Below, piece by piece: positions 61,208-64,000 of a DNA stretch of 64,000 bases; positions within the stretch are counted from its first letter, which is position 1, and each line of letters starts with the position of its first letter. The stretch is from a virus. Location: the UHGV virus genome UHGV-0149956, one strand, 5' to 3'. Under the pieces are notes generated by a model. The model saw only the letters and a program-made list of their open reading frames with translations. It had not been told where the DNA came from and made no database searches. The translations under genes were made by a program, and so were the position numbers.

Positions 61208-61792
61208 TCAAAATCCCCTGTTATCGTTTTGCATTTCTCTAATCCGGTTCAGAACTACTTCATGCTGGGCTTGGATAGCGGCTTTTTCGTTTTCAAGTCG
61301 GGCAATAGACATCTCTAATTCTTTGCTGTACCAGGCGAGTTGGGCCAGGTTCATCCGGTTGTGGTCGAGAGTTGGAGACACTTCGACGCGATCCCTTTCT
61401 TCCTGCTTTAATGAGAAGAGATTCATCTCATCCCTAGAGGAAAATTCAGCAACAATTTCTTGTTGATGATCCGGTCGCTGCGGCATCCTCGCCAGTATAA
61501 ATGGCGGTTCTTTTGAAAACATGAATGTCGGTTCAGACCGTGTTTTTACCCAGCTTGCCTGCTGTCTTTCGGCAAGTTCACAGGCTTCATCATAGTTATC
61601 TGCCAAACAAAGCACGGATGGACGGTCCCACGCCCCACCATTCAGACAATAAACTACAATTTTCCCGTCAGGTTGTGTAACCCCATATGGATGGTCCCAC
61701 CAGGCGTCCAGCTGAGCTTTAGAGCGTTTCTCGTTAGGAGTGCAGTCAAAATTTTTGGGCAATACAGGAGCGAGAGGAATGCGATTAGGCAT
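61208..61792 (-). CDS. Hypothetical protein, divergent from humD (possibly SOS-regulated)
   Basis: 194-aa ORF; C-terminal coiled-coil; shares the control region containing a LexA box. Confidence 0.35.
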   Translation of the reverse strand: MPNRIPLAPVLPKNFDCTPNEKRSKAQLDAWWDHPYGVTQPDGKIVVYCLNGGAWDRPSVLCLADNYDEACELAERQQASWVKTRSEPTFMFSKEPPFILARMPQRPDHQQEIVAEFSSRDEMNLFSLKQEERDRVEVSPTLDHNRMNLAQLAWYSKELEMSIARLENEKAAIQAQHEVVLNRIREMQNDNRGF

Positions 61793-61927
61793 AGCTAATT
61801 CCTTATTAACTGATTGGCAACGAGGTTACGCTGATCCGTTGGTGATGAATAGTAGCAAAGAGCACAAAATCATCAGCGGTGGTTGATGTACGTAACGCGT
61901 TTGCACCAAAGGTGTCTCTTTAATGTA

Positions 61928-61947
61928 TACTGTATAAATGAACAGTA
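61928..61947. promoter_or_regulatory. LexA (SOS) box
   Basis: TACTGTATAAATGAACAGTA matches CTGT-N8-ACAG, 20 nt upstream of humD ATG. Confidence 0.85.
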
Positions 61948-61966
61948 TTATTGAGGTGAAAACGCT

Positions 61967-62356
61967 ATGGGCTTCCCTTCTCCTGCGGCGGATTATGTTG
62001 AAAGCCGAATTTCTCTTGATCAGCAACTAATCAGGCATCCATCAGCAACCTACTTCATGCGGGCAGCTGATAGCCATCACCGTGAGGGAATATTGCAGGG
62101 TGCTTTGCTGGTGGTTGATTCCTCGCTTACTCCGGTTGATGGTTCTCTGCTTGTGTGCGCTATGGAGGGTGAATATCGCATAAAGAGATACAGGAAGTAT
62201 CCGCGCCAGCACCTGGAGGATTTAAGCACCGGGAAGAAAGAGGCGTTACCAGTAGATGACGATGGATACACGGGCAGTAATGCTGTTTTTGGTGTGATCA
62301 CTCATGTCATCAATGATGCCCGAAGTGGGGAATTTGATGATTGTCCGGTTATTTAA
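61967..62356 (+). CDS. humD: UmuD'-like protein (HumD)
   Basis: 129 aa, LexA/UmuD C-terminal peptidase-fold family without the N-terminal cleavage arm; SOS box upstream. Confidence 0.75.
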   Translation: MGFPSPAADYVESRISLDQQLIRHPSATYFMRAADSHHREGILQGALLVVDSSLTPVDGSLLVCAMEGEYRIKRYRKYPRQHLEDLSTGKKEALPVDDDGYTGSNAVFGVITHVINDARSGEFDDCPVI

Positions 62357-62391
62357 GCTGCAAAGTGCTGGTGCTTTATGCCTGTGAAGTT

Positions 62392-62420
62392 TATAATTGT
62401 GTACACATAACGAGTACACG
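62392..62420 (+). promoter_or_regulatory. phd-doc promoter -10 and palindromic operator
   Basis: TATAAT at 62392-62397 followed by GTGTACAC-ataacga-GTACAC repeats. Confidence 0.55.
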
Positions 62421-62428
62421 AGGTGTTT

Positions 62429-62650
62429 ATGCAATCCATTAACTTCCGTACCGCGCGTGGCAACCTTTCTGAAGTGCTCAACAATGTTGAAGCCGGGGAA
62501 GAGGTTGAAATCACCCGCAGAGGCCGTGAGCCAGCAGTAATTGTCAGCAAGGCTACTTTCGAAGCCTACAAAAAAGCGGCGCTGGATGCTGAATTTGCAT
62601 CCCTGTTTGACACCCTGGACTCCACCAACAAGGAACTGGTTAACCGATAA
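62429..62650 (+). CDS. phd: Antitoxin Phd
   Basis: [39 protein letters not shown], Phd/YefM fold; AGGTG SD. Confidence 0.9.
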
Positions 62651-63030
62651 TGAGGCATATATCACCGGAAGAACTTATTGCGCTTCATGATGCGAATATA
62701 AGCCGCTACGGCGGCCTGCCGGGAATGTCAGATCCGGGTAGGGCAGAGGCCATTATCGGGAGAGTTCAGGCCAGAGTTGCCTACGAAGAGATCACCGACC
62801 TTTTCGAAGTCTCCGCCACCTACCTGGTGGCTACAGCGAGAGGGCATATATTCAATGATGCCAATAAGCGTACCGCGCTAAACAGTGCGCTGCTATTTCT
62901 ACGCCGTAACGGGGTGCAGGTATTTGATTCACCTGAACTGGCAGACCTTACTGTAGGCGCTGCGACTGGCGAGATATCTGTATCTTCTGTCGCCGACACG
63001 TTACGTAGATTGTATGGTTCTGCGGAGTAG
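62650..63030 (+). CDS. doc: Toxin Doc (Fic-fold kinase)
   Basis: 126 aa with Fic-like motif [12 protein letters not shown]; start overlaps phd stop. Confidence 0.9.
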
Positions 63031-63214
63031 ATTAATGGCACGCAAATACAACAAATTGTCCCGTGAAGCGTTAAAGATGCTTCTTGATGGCGTGAGTCGC
63101 CGCAAGGTAAAGCAATACCTGGTTGGTAAGCAAATTGGAGTCAGGACCGCTATTGCTGTGTTATGCCGTCAGGAAATGGTTGTGCTTAAACAGAGAATGC
63201 CGGGCAGCAGATAA
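63014..63214 (+). CDS. Small hypothetical protein
   Basis: 66-aa ORF overlapping doc 3' end. Confidence 0.3.
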
Positions 63215-63241
63215 AGCCCAATCAGTGATGAAAGGTGTGAT

Positions 63242-64000
63242 GTGAAAGCCGTAATTACTCCCTTTGTACAAAAAGAGCTTGGCGTCGCCACATTCAAAGT
63301 GGATCAGGAAGTCAGAAAGCTGGTGGAGGCTGGCCGTAAATTTATTATGGAGCCGGTGCCGCGTGAGTTAATCGAGCACATGGAAGACGGCCTCGTTGTT
63401 ACCGAGCAAACCATGGCAACAAATGAGGCGTTGCAGCCGTTTTTTAACAGCGATGAACTGTTTCGCCGTATTGGTGGAATTGACTCGCTGGTGGCGTGGT
63501 TGCGCAGGAAAGAGGGGCAATGCCAGGCCGCAGATCGTAGCTGGTGTGACAACCATATTGTCCACGCAGAACGAGACAATAGCGCGGTGTTGTTGTGCTG
63601 GCATCACGATAACCATTACCGGATGCGTGGTTTTAATGAGCTGAAAGAAACGCTGCACAATAATCGCGTTAACTGGATACTGGATGTCGCCCGTCAGGAA
63701 ATGGGCCTTTCAAATAGCCATGATTTAAGTATTCAGGAGCTGTGCTGGTGGGCTTTCATGCGCAACATGATGCACCTGATGCCGGAAGAAGTCTGCCGCA
63801 TATCAATAAATAAGATGAAGGCTACTCCGCAGGATAGCGGACCTCTGAAAGAGGCGGATATTCGCCCGTATGACGATCGCGCTACAGCATATGTTCAGAT
63901 GATGGAAGAACGCGCCGCGCCGATGCGTGCAAAAGTATGCCCTGTGGATGTTGACTCCGACCCAGGTATGGCGCATTTCAAAATACCAAAACTTCAATCG
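63242..64000 (+). CDS. Hypothetical protein, 3' truncated by window edge
   Basis: Open frame from GTG 63242 to window end, at least 252 codons; not in ORF track because no stop in window. Confidence 0.45.
   Translation, partial: MKAVITPFVQKELGVATFKVDQEVRKLVEAGRKFIMEPVPRELIEHMEDGLVVTEQTMATNEALQPFFNSDELFRRIGGIDSLVAWLRRKEGQCQAADRSWCDNHIVHAERDNSAVLLCWHHDNHYRMRGFNELKETLHNNRVNWILDVARQEMGLSNSHDLSIQELCWWAFMRNMMHLMPEEVCRISINKMKATPQDSGPLKEADIRPYDDRATAYVQMMEERAAPMRAKVCPVDVDSDPGMAHFKIPKLQS

Overview
The window reads as a contiguous ~64 kb segment of a P1-like temperate phage-plasmid; family assignments rest on motifs read by eye and on recollection of the P1 gene order, not on any database search. Left to right: a tail-fibre locus (1-5836, mostly minus strand) with a main fibre gene, five tandem promoterless C-terminal cassettes each preceded by a 26-bp invertase-type crossover-like site, one oppositely oriented cassette at the window edge and a single Tfa/U chaperone; a baseplate/injection operon including a ~1130-aa SLT-domain Sit-like protein; two secreted Sim-like proteins; an immI-like icd-ant region; the kilA-repL lytic replicon; a hok/mok type I toxin locus; contractile-tail and head genes; parS-parB-parA; a T5orf172-like cargo gene; an iteron replicon (repA flanked by iteron arrays, GATC cluster, DnaA box); overlapping spanin-like genes and a PAAR-like protein; the uhr-hrdC(RdgC)-dmt(fused C5/N6 methyltransferase) operon; tRNA-Asn, tRNA-Thr and tRNA-Ile(CAT); a TerB-like gene and two micro-ORFs upstream of a DnaB-family helicase (ban); a second baseplate cluster; a long plus-strand run of small early/accessory genes (VRR-NUC, PP-lambda phosphatase, glycosyltransferase-like, Ead-like, DUF551-like); LexA-boxed humD; and phd-doc. 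Eight C1-repressor-type operator 17-mers (one of them degenerate) are scattered through the window. The most unusual feature is the multi-cassette tail-fibre locus, which looks like a multiple-recombination host-range switching system; the recombinase is not in the window.
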